Shown: piece after piece, positions 26,501-40,300 of the stretch
How positions within the stretch are numbered: the first letter of the stretch is position 1
Layout of the letters: each line of letters begins with the position of its first letter
From: Tubiluchus corallicola
Taxonomy: Eukaryota; Animalia; Priapulida
Direction: 5' to 3'
Assembly (NCBI GenBank): GCA_030141605.1
Contig: JAQGDQ010000879.1
Coordinates: forward strand, 20,720 to 84,719
DNA length: 64,000 nt
Notes under the pieces: model-generated
Database searches by the model: none
Told to the model about the DNA's origin: nothing
The model's input: only the letters and a program-made list of their open reading frames with translations
Position numbers and translations under genes: made by a program

Positions 26501-29473
26501 CTTTACAGTTTTATTACCGCTAACGCAAGCCGCGTACTGCAATAAGACAGCATGTAAGTGATATAAAATTTCAAGATGATTTTTTAAGTTTTGAAAAACG
26601 TTTTTAATGCTTTAAAAGAATAGGTTAGTTTATCCAACAATCTTCTGAGGGGGAATGAGGGAGCACTTCATAGTAAAAGATCTTGTTTAGTGAATTTTTT
26701 CGCACAGTGTATACGCATTTCCAAACGCTGCCTGTTTTTATTTTGTTTTCTTTGTTTTTATTCTATTTTCGTTCGTTTTGTTTTTAATCCTGCATCTTTT
26801 CTAGAATTTTTGCGTTTTCGGCATTATTTAAGTTACCAAGTTTTGGCTGTTCTTTATTACCGTCTTTATATATAAATTGCTAATCCCCTAATTTTTTATA
26901 TGACTAGGGAAGCTTAAGAGGCAACAGTAATGCACGTTATAGGAAGCGCTTTAACCAAAACTGATCAATAAAAAGTAACCCAAAGTAAAATATAAGACGA
27001 TATTGGTTTTACACATTAGCTAAAAAGTTATAGGGGACAAGCAAAGTACGTGGCATAAAGTAAGGGTTTAGGCTCCACCATTTCTTCTGTATAATAATAG
27101 ATCATATAGTTGTAATGGTCTATCACACTATCAAGAAATTTATTTATTATAGTGAATTAATTAGGTTGAATAAAAAGAGTTTCCATGGTAGCCGCATAAT
27201 CGGCGTGGGTGTAAATTACCTATTTAAATGTGACACTGTGCAGTATTGCAAATGTAGCTGATACTCCTCATTCATTTGAGAGATTGGCTTCACGCACCCG
27301 TGTCGCCTTGTAGCAACCACGCTGAATCGTTGATGAGATTACGGTATGAAGATTAAACAGAACTTGAGTGTCTTCATTGATGATAGACTAGAGGCGATTG
27401 GACATTCTAGGATTTATCGGTACAAGAGAAGGCTTTCATGGGAGATGTAACCTAGCAGTTTGTTCGTTCTATTGGCAGTCAAATGATTAGGCATTATTTA
27501 CTCTACTATTTACATAAATATTACTTGGTTAAATTTGGTTTTCTAGATTGGTGAGAGGCACACCTGCAGTCTTAAAACATCCCGAAACGAAAAGATAATG
27601 CCAAAAATCACAATTTGGCTCAACAATGAACATTAGTGAAAGAATTCTGGCATGAAAGTAATGTCTAAATTGATAATCATGTTTTTTAATGGCGAAATAG
27701 GATGCAGTAATAATTTTTCTCTTCTGTAACGTGTTCTTTTTTATTATTATGCATGTTTCTTGTTATTATGAAAGTTCTAATCGAATATTTACCTGGGCAT
27801 GTAAAAGAGGTCAAATAAAACAGGTCTCGCTTCCTTTCCACCGGGCGGTAACCACGGCTAGCCATTTGCGCCTCCTCATTGGGACTCTACAAATGCCTTA
27901 TTTTAGTTTAAGTGTGCATATACGACCAATTTTGTATCCTGTGCTCGTTATAGTTGACTGTTGGTAAAATGCGAGGTACTGTGTTCTGTTCTGCAGCCCA
28001 GGATTAGACAAGAAAAGGGGTACCTGAAGTAGGTTTTAGAAAAATTGCCTTAAAAATTTTATTACTTTATAGCAATTTTATGCATATATCGTGCTCACGT
28101 TGAAAGAATTTTTTTGTTTGTTTTTTAAATATCGCGCAATACTGTTTCAACCGCGCCATTTCATGACGTCATATACGTACAGCGTAAATCAAGGGAAGAA
28201 ACGCAAATCTTAAACTGTCCCAAAAAACCTTCCATGCAAAGTTATATTACTTAGCATTTCGCTTACCTGCTTGAAAGACTTATGTAGCTAGAAAAGAAAG
28301 TTATTAATTATTTAAAATGTTTTCACCAATTGGTATAATGTTGTTGACTTACCTCCAGGGTGCGCCACTCATTAACCAAAAACGTATTTTTAGTCTTGTT
28401 GACAAGTAGAGTAATTTAAAATTGTACTTAATTAGTGACGTGTGCTCTACGAATGTTCAGTGTTATCTAAACCTTACTCAGTGTTATCTAAACTTGTTTC
28501 AAATGATTTATCGTCAAAATGGCTACGTCTAGCGGTCATCACTGGAGTCTAAATTTACATGTCTTATACAGCATTACTGCCGATGCAAGCCCTGTATGCA
28601 AAAAGGCAGTATGTAAGAGATATAAAAATTTGAAGACGAATTTTTTTAAAGCTTTTTGTAAATGGAGGGTTTTCTTGCGCTCTAAACTCGGTTTTTTTAA
28701 TTTTCGGCCCATGTTTTCTCATTGACATTTTTCAGCAATTACTATTCCAGTTATCGCCGATGTGCCTTGAAAATGTTTATGCAAAAGACTTTGTTATAAA
28801 TCTGAAAATTGACACCCAACTTTGAATGGCTTCCTTGAACACAACGACAGAGAAAACCAATAAACAAAAGCTGAATGAACTTTTTTACCTGTGGCGGAAG
28901 CAAATTTTATGCACGGTCAAAGTTGTTTTTATTGTTTTTTTGCACATTTAGTTTCTGCCTAATTTGCCTAATTTGTCATGGTATCTTGCAATTCTTGACT
29001 ATCGTGATACAGGGATATGTACCATACAAAATTTTACTTTCGGTAAAGGCTGTATGTATGCATACTGTGGTATAAGTAAACTTAGGGGTTATGAATGGCA
29101 TGGACAGACTAGAAAAACTTATCTTCTGAAAAGTGTACAAAATTGTGAAGCTCATTTTGTCAACTATAGGAACCGGTTGTAGTTGTTAATCCTCGGAAGT
29201 TCTACAATCCTAACTGCATCTTCTTAATAAATGTACCTAATGTTGAGACACCAGTGACAAAAACACGGATATCATGTGGTTTGTGTTCGCGGTGCTAAAA
29301 AGTTGTATGAGTGCGCGCGTATGTGGCCCTTTACAACTAAATAAATAAGTAAATAAACTTCACTGTACTTGTAAAGCTTGCTTAACCTCCTTTGTGTACT
29401 ATGTTGAAGAAAGGAGGCGACGAAAAAAATTAAAGCAAAACAAAGTAAACTGTACCACTGAAAACTTGCCAAA

Positions 29474-29607
29474 ATGAGCACTAAATCGAGAAAATCACGA
29501 ACAACCAAGGAAGTGTTGCAGCAACCAAAAGCAATGTTGCATCAACGAATGAGATCAGAGTCAGAGTGTGAGGTGGCTTTCAATCCAAGCAGATATGACA
29601 GTGACAG
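29474..29607 (+). CDS. BAIAP3: Alternative first coding exon V3 (MSTKSRKSRTTKEVLQQPKAMLHQRMRSESECEVAFNPSRYDSD)
   Basis: AAA-ATG context, 44 open codons, strong donor CAG|GTAAGG in phase 2; below the ORF-track cutoff. Confidence 0.65.
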
Positions 29608-29883
29608 GTAAGGACATTGGTTATTGTTTCATGCTACAATGATGTGGTGTCTTCGCTCAGAATTTTGAAGTAAACATTACAAATATAGCATAGAAATATT
29701 TTTGTTATGAATTCTAAAAAAATCTGCTGAAGTCGCTGCTGTAGATGAGCTCAAATTACGTAGCTATAGCTCTAAAAATGTGGTTATTGACATGCTTATA
29801 TTTATTTTACATGACAGTATTTTGAAGTTATTATCCCAGTATTGCGTCAAGACAATAACACCGACAAGACAATCATAGACTTA

Positions 29884-30056
29884 AGGCGTTTACCTGATAT
29901 CTGGAATGCGCATGCGTTATGTGGATGCCGAATAGATAAATCAGTTTCTATTGTTTTCAATGCACCAGTACATCAGCCTGCGTTGTATGCGTTCTTTCTC
30001 CAGCTATTTCCTATTTTCTTTTTTATACTCAGCTATTCCGCAGGTAGATTGCCACT
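29884..30056. mobile_element. MITE family A, copy 2 (diverged)
   Basis: GAATAGATAAA..TTGTTTTCAATGCACC..CAGCTATTCCGCAG core; ends GCCACT|TAA. Confidence 0.7.
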
Positions 30057-31911
30057 TAATGCACAGAATCTTAACTGAATGTAACTGACTGGCGAAAAAC
30101 CTAGGATAGATTAAAGATATGATTGTGGCATGACTCTTTATGTAAACCAGAATTCCGTGACAGATAGTGTTTCATTAGAAAAATGCTGTAGCAAGGATTT
30201 CGCTTAGCTTCGTAGCAAGTTTTAGGTAAGAAACTATGACAGAAGAAAGTGCAAATTGACACCCATTTTGCCAGACTGTCAGTGTCTAAGCCAAAATTTG
30301 GTTAACTTTCTAATATTGGTCATTAACATTTATTTCCACCTAATGACTACAAAGCTAATACCAAACAAAGAATAAATTTGGAGGATATAAAGTTGCATTT
30401 CTCATAATCTTGTGTTAAACGTTAATCGTTGACAGGTTTGAAATTTAACAACGTTCTGTAAAATACAATTAGTTTATTGAAAAACTAATAAGTTGTTTGA
30501 CGTACTTGTATTGAACAAGATGAATAGAGTCACTATAGGTATCTAAGCATGTGATGAACATCTTCACAACATACATGGCAACCATATTATCCATTCACAT
30601 TTTCATCGATCATCAGCGAATAAATCTTTAATAGAACGTATTGTGACTGTCAGAAGCGTTATGCTTGATGCCTATACAAATACCGTAAAGCTACTTGCGT
30701 TTAGTAAGCTACTTGACTGCGTAAACTCGAGACAGGTAAATTTGATTGTGTTAATGAGTGAGTATTTCAATCGTAATGTTGTCGAAACTACTGCGTCAGA
30801 AGTAACTTCAACTTCGTGAAACGATTGTGTTAATTTAAGACGTTCAGGAAATGAGTTTTTAAGCCACTTGAACCTTGGAACGTCGATAAACCGCGGATTT
30901 CATTGCTTAGTTACTGTAGATGGTGACCTGCGGATGGAGTTTACTATACAAAGTGTTTCAAGAATAATATTTTTTTAAAAAGTAATATTTTTTATTTTTG
31001 TTGCGCTGAAATAAAATTTGTTTAACCGCGTCTCTCTATCTACCTAACCGTACGAAGTATGGTTTATTCAGCCTGTACTGTTCAGTGCCGGGTATTGTAA
31101 AAACTCACTTTTGTAACTATTACAGCAGTTCTTGGCTTCCGCTACATGCAAAAGCATTTTAAGTTTATTTCTTTTTACAAAATAGAAAGCTGAAGCGTGT
31201 TAAAAATGTTGGACGCGAATTCGGGGCGTGCTGTAAAATATATTTTTAAACGTAAAGTTGAATGTTGCGGTGAAATTGCGGTGTCGTATTTTCAGTAGAT
31301 TCTTGAAAAACTTTGTCAACTCTTTTTGCTATGACAACAATAATAGATGTTTGCTTACACACATCGTTCGTGTTCAATAAAATCCCGCGCTAAGTTGTAC
31401 GTCGGTGTAGTGCGTGCGAACAGTCAAATGAAATGTGCCATCAATGATTAGTGTATCAGTGAAACTTGATTAAGCTGGTGGCTTGTGGATTAATGCATAA
31501 TCTCTTCTGCCTGCACGTGATCTTTATCAGAACATATAAAGCTTTCTGCTGAACAACCTAGACTGTCATATTACGTATAAAACGTCTGATATAATTGCTT
31601 ACACGTTAGTGACACGCTGCTGCAAGTTAATGGAATGAAGATGCAAGTTGATCAAACTTGACAGTGCATTTATCAGGTGACAGCACTAATCAAGAAAGCA
31701 GCAGTCAGCTGTCAACTCATTAACGTTCCTGCTTCAATCCCCGTTACAGTAGTTATTATAACTGAGCGTATTATATCTTCACAATCAAACTACTTCATGA
31801 CAAAATGCTTTACTGCTTGATGAATTAAGGAAAAATCTCAACCTTTTAGTTCAATTTAGTAATGGATTTATTACGTGCAATACCCATATAAGCACGGATG
31901 TGCGAAAATAA

Positions 31912-32112
31912 AGTGGCGTTCACGTAGCATCCGGATGCGGATGCGTTTTGGGTGTGCGGAATAGATAAAACCAGCTTATGTTGTTTTCAATGCACCCGCT
32001 TACGCAGCTTGGGTATGCGTTATTCTTTTACAACAGCTATTCCTATTGATTTTTTCCGCAGCTATTCCGCAGATGGAACGCGTACGCATCCGGATGTTAC
32101 GCAAGCGCCACT
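31912..32112. mobile_element. MITE family A, copy 3 (most intact)
   Basis: TIRs AGTGGCGTTCACGTAGCATCCGGATGCG / CGCATCCGGATGTTACGCAAGCGCCACT; flanks TAA / CAA, consistent with a 3-bp TWA-type target. Confidence 0.8.
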
Positions 32113-32218
32113 CAATGATATTAGAGGGTCTTAATTTACAATTTTTATTTAGTTTCCAGAAGATTCAATATAATTTTGTTTTTTATTGAGAGATGGAACT
32201 TTTTCCACATCAGAAATT

Positions 32219-32470
32219 GCTGCACATCCTGCAGCTGCTGCTACTACTGTTGTTACTACTGCCACAGTAGTTGCTGCTCTTAATACTGCTACTATTGCAA
32301 CTACTAATACTGCTATTGCTACCACTACCACAATTCTACTGACTGCTACTGTTGCTGCTGCTGTTGCTACTACTACTACTATTACTACTGCTACAACCAC
32401 TATCACCACCACTACCACTATACCACTCCTATTACTACTACCACTACCACAACTACTACCACACTACTAT
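32219..32470. repeat. Degenerate (GCT)/(ACT)/(ACC) trinucleotide tract
   Basis: Low-complexity triplets giving spurious poly-T/A/V/L ORFs. Confidence 0.9.
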
Positions 32471-33570
32471 TTTTTCCTCTATTCATTGCCACCTTAAGCA
32501 CAAGAAAATATTTAGTTGTAAGTTTTGTCTTGTTTTTGCTATATTTTTTTAAAAATGACATTTAAAATTACGTTTCCATAACAAAAAGGGATTTATTCCA
32601 ATCTTTACTGTTTTGAATGAAAAAGACACTCAGCTTTCGATGTTTATTTATCTACTTAAACTTAGAAAACAACTCTGACTTAAACACTTTTAGATTTTAG
32701 ATCTTGTGACAACTTATCTCAGTGAGTGTATAGCGCGTTTTCGACCTAAGCTTTGCAGCAGCATCGTAATAGAAGGAAAGCACGTTGAACTATTTTCCCA
32801 AGTTATGTAGATAAAGAAATAACAAAAGCTGAATTCCTTCTTCGTTTTAAGAAGTAAATTTGGAGCAATTTTCTTTTCATTGTTACTGAAATACAATTTT
32901 AATATCACATTTTTAAAAAGTTCATCATATATAAAGCATAAACCTTACAACTAATTCCTTTCTTGTTTATAAGCTACATATATTCATTGGTAAAGTGTTA
33001 AATTTTTTATGCCTTTTTCAAATTTTTGTTTTATTAAAGAATTCGCAAGTAACTTTTTCCATGGACGATACTGCTCTTTTTGTACTTTTACTTTGATTAA
33101 ACTTTTACATGTGTGTTTTACCCATTTTGTCGAAAGTCGAAAAGACCGTTTTCTTGTGCGCACGGCTCAGCTGCCTTTTTATTTTAGACATTTTGAAAGT
33201 GTTGCTATTACAGCTGAAATTAATAGGCTTTCATAGATCTTGCAGAGCAGGGGGCGCATGCCGATAAAATATTATTTTATGCATTAGTCAATGATTTTGA
33301 TCAGGTCCACCATACATTAATAAACTGACGTTTTACAAGGGAAGTAACTTGCGCTACAGTTCTCAGTCTTAACGTGTAAGTTTCGCGTCTGTATATTTAC
33401 GATTTTGCTACAACTTTTCTAAGGCGTTTGGGAATTTCGGGACTCGGCGAAACATCAAACTTGCTAAAGTCGTAATAAGTGAAGATAGTGCTCTTTGGGA
33501 ATTAACACAATTCATAATAATTGAAAGCAGAGGAAATATAAAGCCTTGAGACAAGACCGTACAGAAAAAG

Positions 33571-33629
33571 ATGGCAAACGTGGCTACGCTTTTGGTTAAA
33601 AGAGGTTCTAAGCTGACCTTTACTCCAGG
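33571..33629 (+). CDS. BAIAP3: Alternative first coding exon V4 (MANVATLLVKRGSKLTFTP)
   Basis: Good Kozak AAG-ATG-G, 19 codons, donor GG|GTAAGA in phase 2. Confidence 0.55.
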
Positions 33630-35281
33630 GTAAGAATTTACAAAATTATCACATGTAATAATTTATTTTTATCGTTTTACTTAAGCTGTAATACTACATT
33701 TTCTGCTGTCTTACTATAGCGTAAGCTTGACGAACGTTCTTATGGCTATTTTCTACAACATTACCGTTATTACCACTTAAGTCATTGTCGTTACTGAGAC
33801 TGTCGTCATTATTGCAAAATCGCGACAATGCCTAATGCAGCGAATATGGCTTCTGAAAAGGTCTAATGAAAACAAAAGCAAGACTTTCGAGTTTTTTTAT
33901 TTCAGATATATATTACACTTAATGAATTAAGGTATACTAGATAGTAAACTAGAATTAACTTTCTTTATAATGACGTTTTGCTAAAATAACTAGGATATAA
34001 GATAATTATGCAAGCCCGAGTTATAACTAACTTTTTTAATTAACTGTTACAGTAACCTAATACAAAGAATATAAACCTCATTAGAGCGTTGAGCCATCAG
34101 AACTGCAATTGCATCTAATATGTATATATTAATCTTGTGCTCTTCCTGTGATCTGTTGAATCATAATCATACACAACCTGGAAATAACGATAACACGTCT
34201 CATGCCTTACTTGTGTCTTCCGTCTAGCATACTTTTGTAGAAAAATAGTATACTTTTGTAGAAAAATGTCACGAAAGGTGGCAGCACCAATTAGAGAAGC
34301 CATAGTGAGAGATGCTTACACAGCTTGAGTTTGTCAACAAATTTACCATGCTGTTTTAGGATTTTGTTTCGTTTTTGCCTCGGCTATAGATAATTTCATT
34401 ACCAGCATTCTTTAATAAATTTCATAACGATGTCAGTTAAATAGACTATTATGATTAGTATTATTTAGTATTGTTATATTAAACGCTGGCTTTAAACGTA
34501 GCATTGTCCGCTTCACCGGCGTTGGTATGTCGTGATTGTGAAAACGATGTCATAGATCGAATTATATCGAAGCTTTGTAGACTGATTACCAATCAATAAT
34601 TTATGATTGTGATAATACTGTACCTTTGCTCGTTCTACCTGAATTTATAATGACTAAGCTTTTGCGATGTTTTTCATGATGTGACAGGCTGATGGCTGTT
34701 ACCGGCTTTCCTAGAATTCTAATGCCTCAAAGATTCTTGCACTTTGTTGAATATAAAGCAAATAAATTTACTTCCAATTTTATGTGGTAAATGACTAACT
34801 AAATACATGTCATACATTATGGATTTTTCTAACTGGCTTCTGTGTGTTTAGCTTCTAGTCACACAAATGCACGGGGACGGTGGTGAATGTTTAGCTGTAT
34901 AAATTTTCGGCTATAAATTTGCACAGTCTCCACACAAAGCAATTCATAAATCATAATGCTTCCCGCGCAGGCTTCATTTCTAACAGATTAGGTTCGCCAT
35001 ACAGGTATTACGCTCGAGCATGCACGAGGTTTATACCGAGCAGAGCTTTTATGAAAATCGATAATCTGTTGAAAATTTATAGCGATAATTAAAAAGTAAT
35101 CACTTTTATCCGTACGATGGCATTAATGTCAAATTCGTGCTGATAAATTTGCATGTAAAGAAACCTAGAGGTTACATTGTTTTGCAATTTTAAAAACATT
35201 CTTTACAATCGATTCTTTGTCAAAGGTACAATGCCAAATCCAAGTTACTTTTTAACGACGCAACAGAAGTATTATATAATT

Positions 35282-35930
35282 CTTATAATAATAAGTTCAT
35301 TTATAGTCATTACAGTCAAAAGGCTTGAATTACAGTACAGTACAGCATAAAATTACAACATTTTTAAAAAGAATAAGCCAGTTAGAACATACAGCGTTAA
35401 CGAAATAAATTAAAATTAAATGAACCAAAACTAGAGTTTGAAAATTAAATAAGCCATATAAGGTAAAACAAACTGTTCTTGAATCTCTCTGTTCTGATTC
35501 TAGGTAAGGGGTATTTCAGATGGTGACGAGTACTATACATATGAGTATGGGCATCTGGCAATAGAGTGTGGATTTTATTATTAGGATTTTGAATTGATGA
35601 GGACAACTTTTTGCAAGAACTTCGGCGACGGTTAAATAAAGGTTTAAGATTACCCAAAATTAGAGCATTTGCATTAGAGCATTAGTTTTCATTTGGAAAA
35701 TTTATTTTCAATGAGCGCTTTTGAACTGTTTCTAACAAATCAGAGAGATTTTGTGAAAGAGATGAGTGCCATACCTGACAAGCGTATTCAACACCTGGCC
35801 CAATCACGGTGCAGTACATTTTTATCATATCATTAGGAGATGTCTCAGCTCTTTTCATTAGTCGCAAAGGGTGAATTCTTTTACTCGCTTTAGCATAAAT
35901 TGAATGGACATTGATGATTCATTTTTTATT
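35282..35930 (-). mobile_element. 5'-truncated LINE relic (L2/Crack, CR1 group), 3' end of ORF2 plus tail
   Basis: Translates to ..VEYACQVWHSSLSQNLSDLLETVQKRSLKI..LPRIRTERFKNS.., a typical post-RT C-terminus; disrupted frame; 3' UTR ending in TTATTATT. Confidence 0.85.
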
Positions 35931-37295
35931 CATTCCGATGGGATGGATAAATTCTAGAGAATTTGCTAAACTAACAGTCTCTCTGACGAGACGACGCATT
36001 TGTGCACTCATAGAAACACCAGTCGTGCGCATTTGTCTAAGTAGTATCTGAATATTTATTTATTTTTGTTACGAATTTCGTAATCGTTTTCGTGTTGATA
36101 AAGCATAGAAAGTGCCCTATTCAACTTCACTAACTACTGCAAATTTGCATAACAGTCGACTCCTGAGCTCAATCTGCAGCCATGTGCAAAAGTAAGATTG
36201 AAATTGGATTTGATAGTGTTAATGTGGCTGTTTTGTGTTCTGTCAACCGATCGACACTTGTAGCATTCCGGGCGAGAACGCACCTCGATAACGCTAATGC
36301 CGACACGAAAATCTAGTTCGCGTGAAGTCACAGAAAAATGTCACAATTAATTTTGGTTAGGGGCTAAAGTTAGGGTTAAGGTTGGGAATATTTCTTTTTT
36401 CCCCTGAACTTTTTACCTACTGGATCTGTAGTGTATTGCATTGTATTGTATTGAATGGGTGTTTTATTTTCAGAACTTTTATACTGTTTTGGTATATGGC
36501 TGTATCATACTGTGTTACCATTGAGCCAAACGTCAAAACCTCTTACTTCAGTGCAAATTGATGAGGCGCTATTTGTTATTGTCTACCAGAGTTTATGAGA
36601 AGAAATTCTTACCATTGATCTCTTGTTACTACCTGAAAAAAATATCACTTCTCCATGTATGGTTCTGATGCTCAGCACACTTCTGCTACTTCTTTCATTC
36701 AAAACCAAAACAAAAGCATTAATGATGTCAAGATCTAAATAAGCAACTTACCAATATGACAACTTGCGCACTAATGCAGAATTCATTTACCCAGGCCATA
36801 CTAAACGACTTAATTTTATTGATAGTCAGTTTATAAATACATAATATATTTAAAGTTCAAGTTTAAAGTTATATTTTAGTATTTTTTTGCATCTGTAGTT
36901 TAGTTTTTGTACTGACGCATTTGCCTCCAACTACATATATTTTTTAACTATCACTGATTGAGCATCTTAATATTTTGTTATGACTCTCAATATATTATGG
37001 TAAATAAAGGTGTTACTTACTTTTTTACTATCTCATTTACAAAATCCAAGAGGTCATGTGTCCTCCCTTCCCTTCAAACAAAAACTAGCAACAGAAAGTG
37101 TTTCTAATCAAATTCCAAATTTCTCAATCAACCCACGTCACTCCGAATAAGGATTATAAACTTACAGTTAATTACATACTAAGAAATTGATATAACCATT
37201 TTTTCTGAACCAACTTAAATCAGTTGGTAATCTAACTGATTATCTCAGGAGATTTTCGTTTCGCGCTATGTCTGACTCTGTTATCCTCAAGTAAA

Positions 37296-37395
37296 CTATG
37301 CCGAATCTAATTTTCTGAACCTATGCGGAATCTAATTTTCTGAACCTATGCGGAATCTAATTTTCTGAACCTATGCGGATTCTAATTTTCTTACC
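37296..37395. repeat. 25-bp tandem repeat, about 4 copies
   Basis: CTATGCGGAATCTAATTTTCTGAAC at 37296, 37321, 37346 and 37371. Confidence 0.93.
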
Positions 37396-40300
37396 TTAGG
37401 CTTGCGTAATCGCCATGCCCTCTTAAGCAGGCTTCATACTCTTAAATTATAATTGATTAGGCAATTGACACCTGCTGACCGCGCACGTGGATTGTATATA
37501 ATACTTATACGACAGCAGCGGTAATTAATACACCCGAGAATTAAAGGACAAAGATGACACAACGTAACTACTATCTAAAAAGCTGTTCAAGTGTTAACTG
37601 CGTTGGCAAACCAGTGGTCAAACGACAACAAATTTGCACATCAATGAAATCAGTTATTATACTACGTGAAAAATGCGCGTGTTACTGATTATTAGTGGTG
37701 GATAGGATTTTGCATCAGTAAAGTAGAATAATGAAGTGACATGAGAAATGGTATACGAGATAATGACTTTTCATGTTTTCCTAGAGAAGCGTCATGTTGG
37801 AATGTTCTGCAAATTTCCTTTTATCCCTTTAACCTGAACTGGAGCCGTCTGGTGCGCCAAGCACTGAGATATCTTAGAAACTATTAACTTTTTAAGGATT
37901 ATTGATGATGACGATGATTAATCTTTTATTTTAAAATAGCTCTTAGGCACTCATTCTGTGCGTGGCTTTAATACGCCTTAGTTTTTAAAATAGGCAAATA
38001 TAACATATTTTGAAATGATAGCATTTAGACATGTTGGTTTTCTCCTCTTGAAAGATTGTTCTGGTGGGTAAACTCCTGTTTTCACAATGTCTGAATTGGC
38101 TACATTTAGTGTCAACTTCATGGATATATTCTCTGCTAAAATGTTCAATAGTGGAAAACCGCACGATGAAAGCTTAATCCAGTGGGTGTTTTTAACACAG
38201 CATATATAAAATCATCAAACTTGTTGGTATTATTAACAGCCTATCAACCAGTGCTGCGGTGCAATATTATTGGTAATACAGTAATTTCAAATAAGTTGTT
38301 ATAGTGGGAGTGTTAATGGATGGTATTTACGGCAATACTGTTTAATAGCCGATGCCATACATTTCCTTTTAATACAATAAATATTGGCACATACTTTACA
38401 TTACAATGACATACATGCAGCAAAACAACAAAATACAAAAGTTCAAAACCGAGCTATTAAATTATAACTGTAATATAATGATGTAAATATGCCCATGAAA
38501 GTTTAGATCTTTGTCAATAAAAACACTAAGAATGAGTCAGTATAAACAAGAATTCTTCGGCAGTTAAATTGAAAGTTATCAGATCTTCTCCTTTTGATGA
38601 AGTTATGATGGCATGTTAGTAAGCAAACTGTTGATTTGGTGAGGACAGAAAGAAAGACCTTGGACTTGAGGAACAGGAAGAGTTGACAAACCCTGTGCAA
38701 AGAGGAGCTTTATTGCTCACTGCCGAGCAGGCAAACCAATCTGTGAATTCCTGCATTGTTTATCCATGTATTCTGAAGTCATTTGTTTAATTACATAATT
38801 GGTTACATAATTGGTAATGTTGTTAATGTTGTTGACACCTTGTTTTTATTTGGCTTGTTCTAGTTTCGTTCATATGTATAGTGATTAAAAGTACAGGGAC
38901 CACACAATGTAGCAGTAATTGTTACAGAGTGTGTTCTTGTGTTAAATCTTAAAGGTGTGAAATTTCATCCCATTTCTCTTCAGTCTCTTAAAGCGAATTA
39001 ATTAAAATTAAATCTTCTCTACTCCATTCAACATGTGCATTATGAAGTGAAGTCATGGACACAGCTCTGAAGTTTTATAAAATACCGGCTGTTGCAATAA
39101 TTAAATATTAATGTGGTTGTTGTGTCGGGCAGGCTTCTGCTGCAATTTAATTTGTTTCATATTGCTTTACATTACCTTAAGCAATTATGTATGAAGGCGT
39201 TCGATAGAGTAAACATCTGAACGCGTGGATTTGTCAACTCAGATCTAATAAGGTTTGCGCTGAGTAATATTAGTATTTAGATTGAAGGTTTTGTATACAT
39301 TGAGAACCAGAGATGATCCTGGCAGACTATGCATATTAATGGCAAAGGCGGAAAGACTATACGCTGTAGCTCCTTAGGCTTCATTTGAGGATTTCTTAAT
39401 TAAGATAGAGCTCTATGAAACTAGATCGTTCGTCGAATAATTAAGCAACATTGTACACGCAACTGTCAAGTTTTAAAACTTGTCTAAATTTGTTTAAATT
39501 GAACTATTAAAAAGTATATAAAAATAATAACAAGAGAACTTTCTGGGTAAAAGCATAACAAATTCAGTAAAATATTTACATTACTACTGTAAAAATCATT
39601 ATTCGTCAACAGTCAACAAAAGTGAGTAAGTAATAGATTTTTGTAAAGACAATTACAACACCGCTCAACTGTAAAACGGATAATGCGTCTAATTGTAAGT
39701 AAAAACTTACGCCATACATACATAAACAAAATAATGTGCAAAAGAACCATTTTCGACAAAAAGATATTTGTTTGAGTAGACGAAATTACACTTTTATGCA
39801 AAAATTACAAAAGAATTTAAAAAAAACATGAAAGAGTATATAAGTGAGTTTTTCAGTATTGACAGGTCGTCTTTCTCCTGCGTGTGGTGAACGTTAGATG
39901 AATATTTTAGTTAGTGAACAAGTTAAAACTAATGATCACTGTATAGAATGTCAAGTTTTATATTTCTGTTACGCAAAAAACACGACTGTTACAAGCCATT
40001 GTGTTACAAATAGCTTGAAACAAGGAGATCGATGATGCATGCTTGTGGTAAAGACCCTAGCGACTGTAATTTGTGTGTCACGTAATGTTGCATGAATTAT
40101 TTTCTGTAAAAGCGACCGTATTTCAACCATAACCACTCTGTAAATAATCGCGCTTATGTCCATATAAATGGCTCTCCTACGCAAAGGATTAAAAATGATG
40201 AAAAGTTTTCATTAGCTCGCTGCTACAAGCTTCATCCACGTACAATGTGTCATAATTTTAACGTGCCATCGATCAAAGAATAACCGGTGCAACCCGTTAA

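Noticed and set aside
30218-30232. TTTTAG|GTAAG possible recursive splice site
   Set aside because: Weak polypyrimidine tract; the motif is expected by chance in AT-rich introns
32149-32552. Mucin-like Thr/Ala ORF and hydrophobic ORFs
   Set aside because: Trinucleotide low-complexity tract with no supporting exon structure
36355-36386. Telomere-like TTAGGG motifs
   Set aside because: Only two to three degenerate units, typical of repeat subtermini rather than an interstitial telomere
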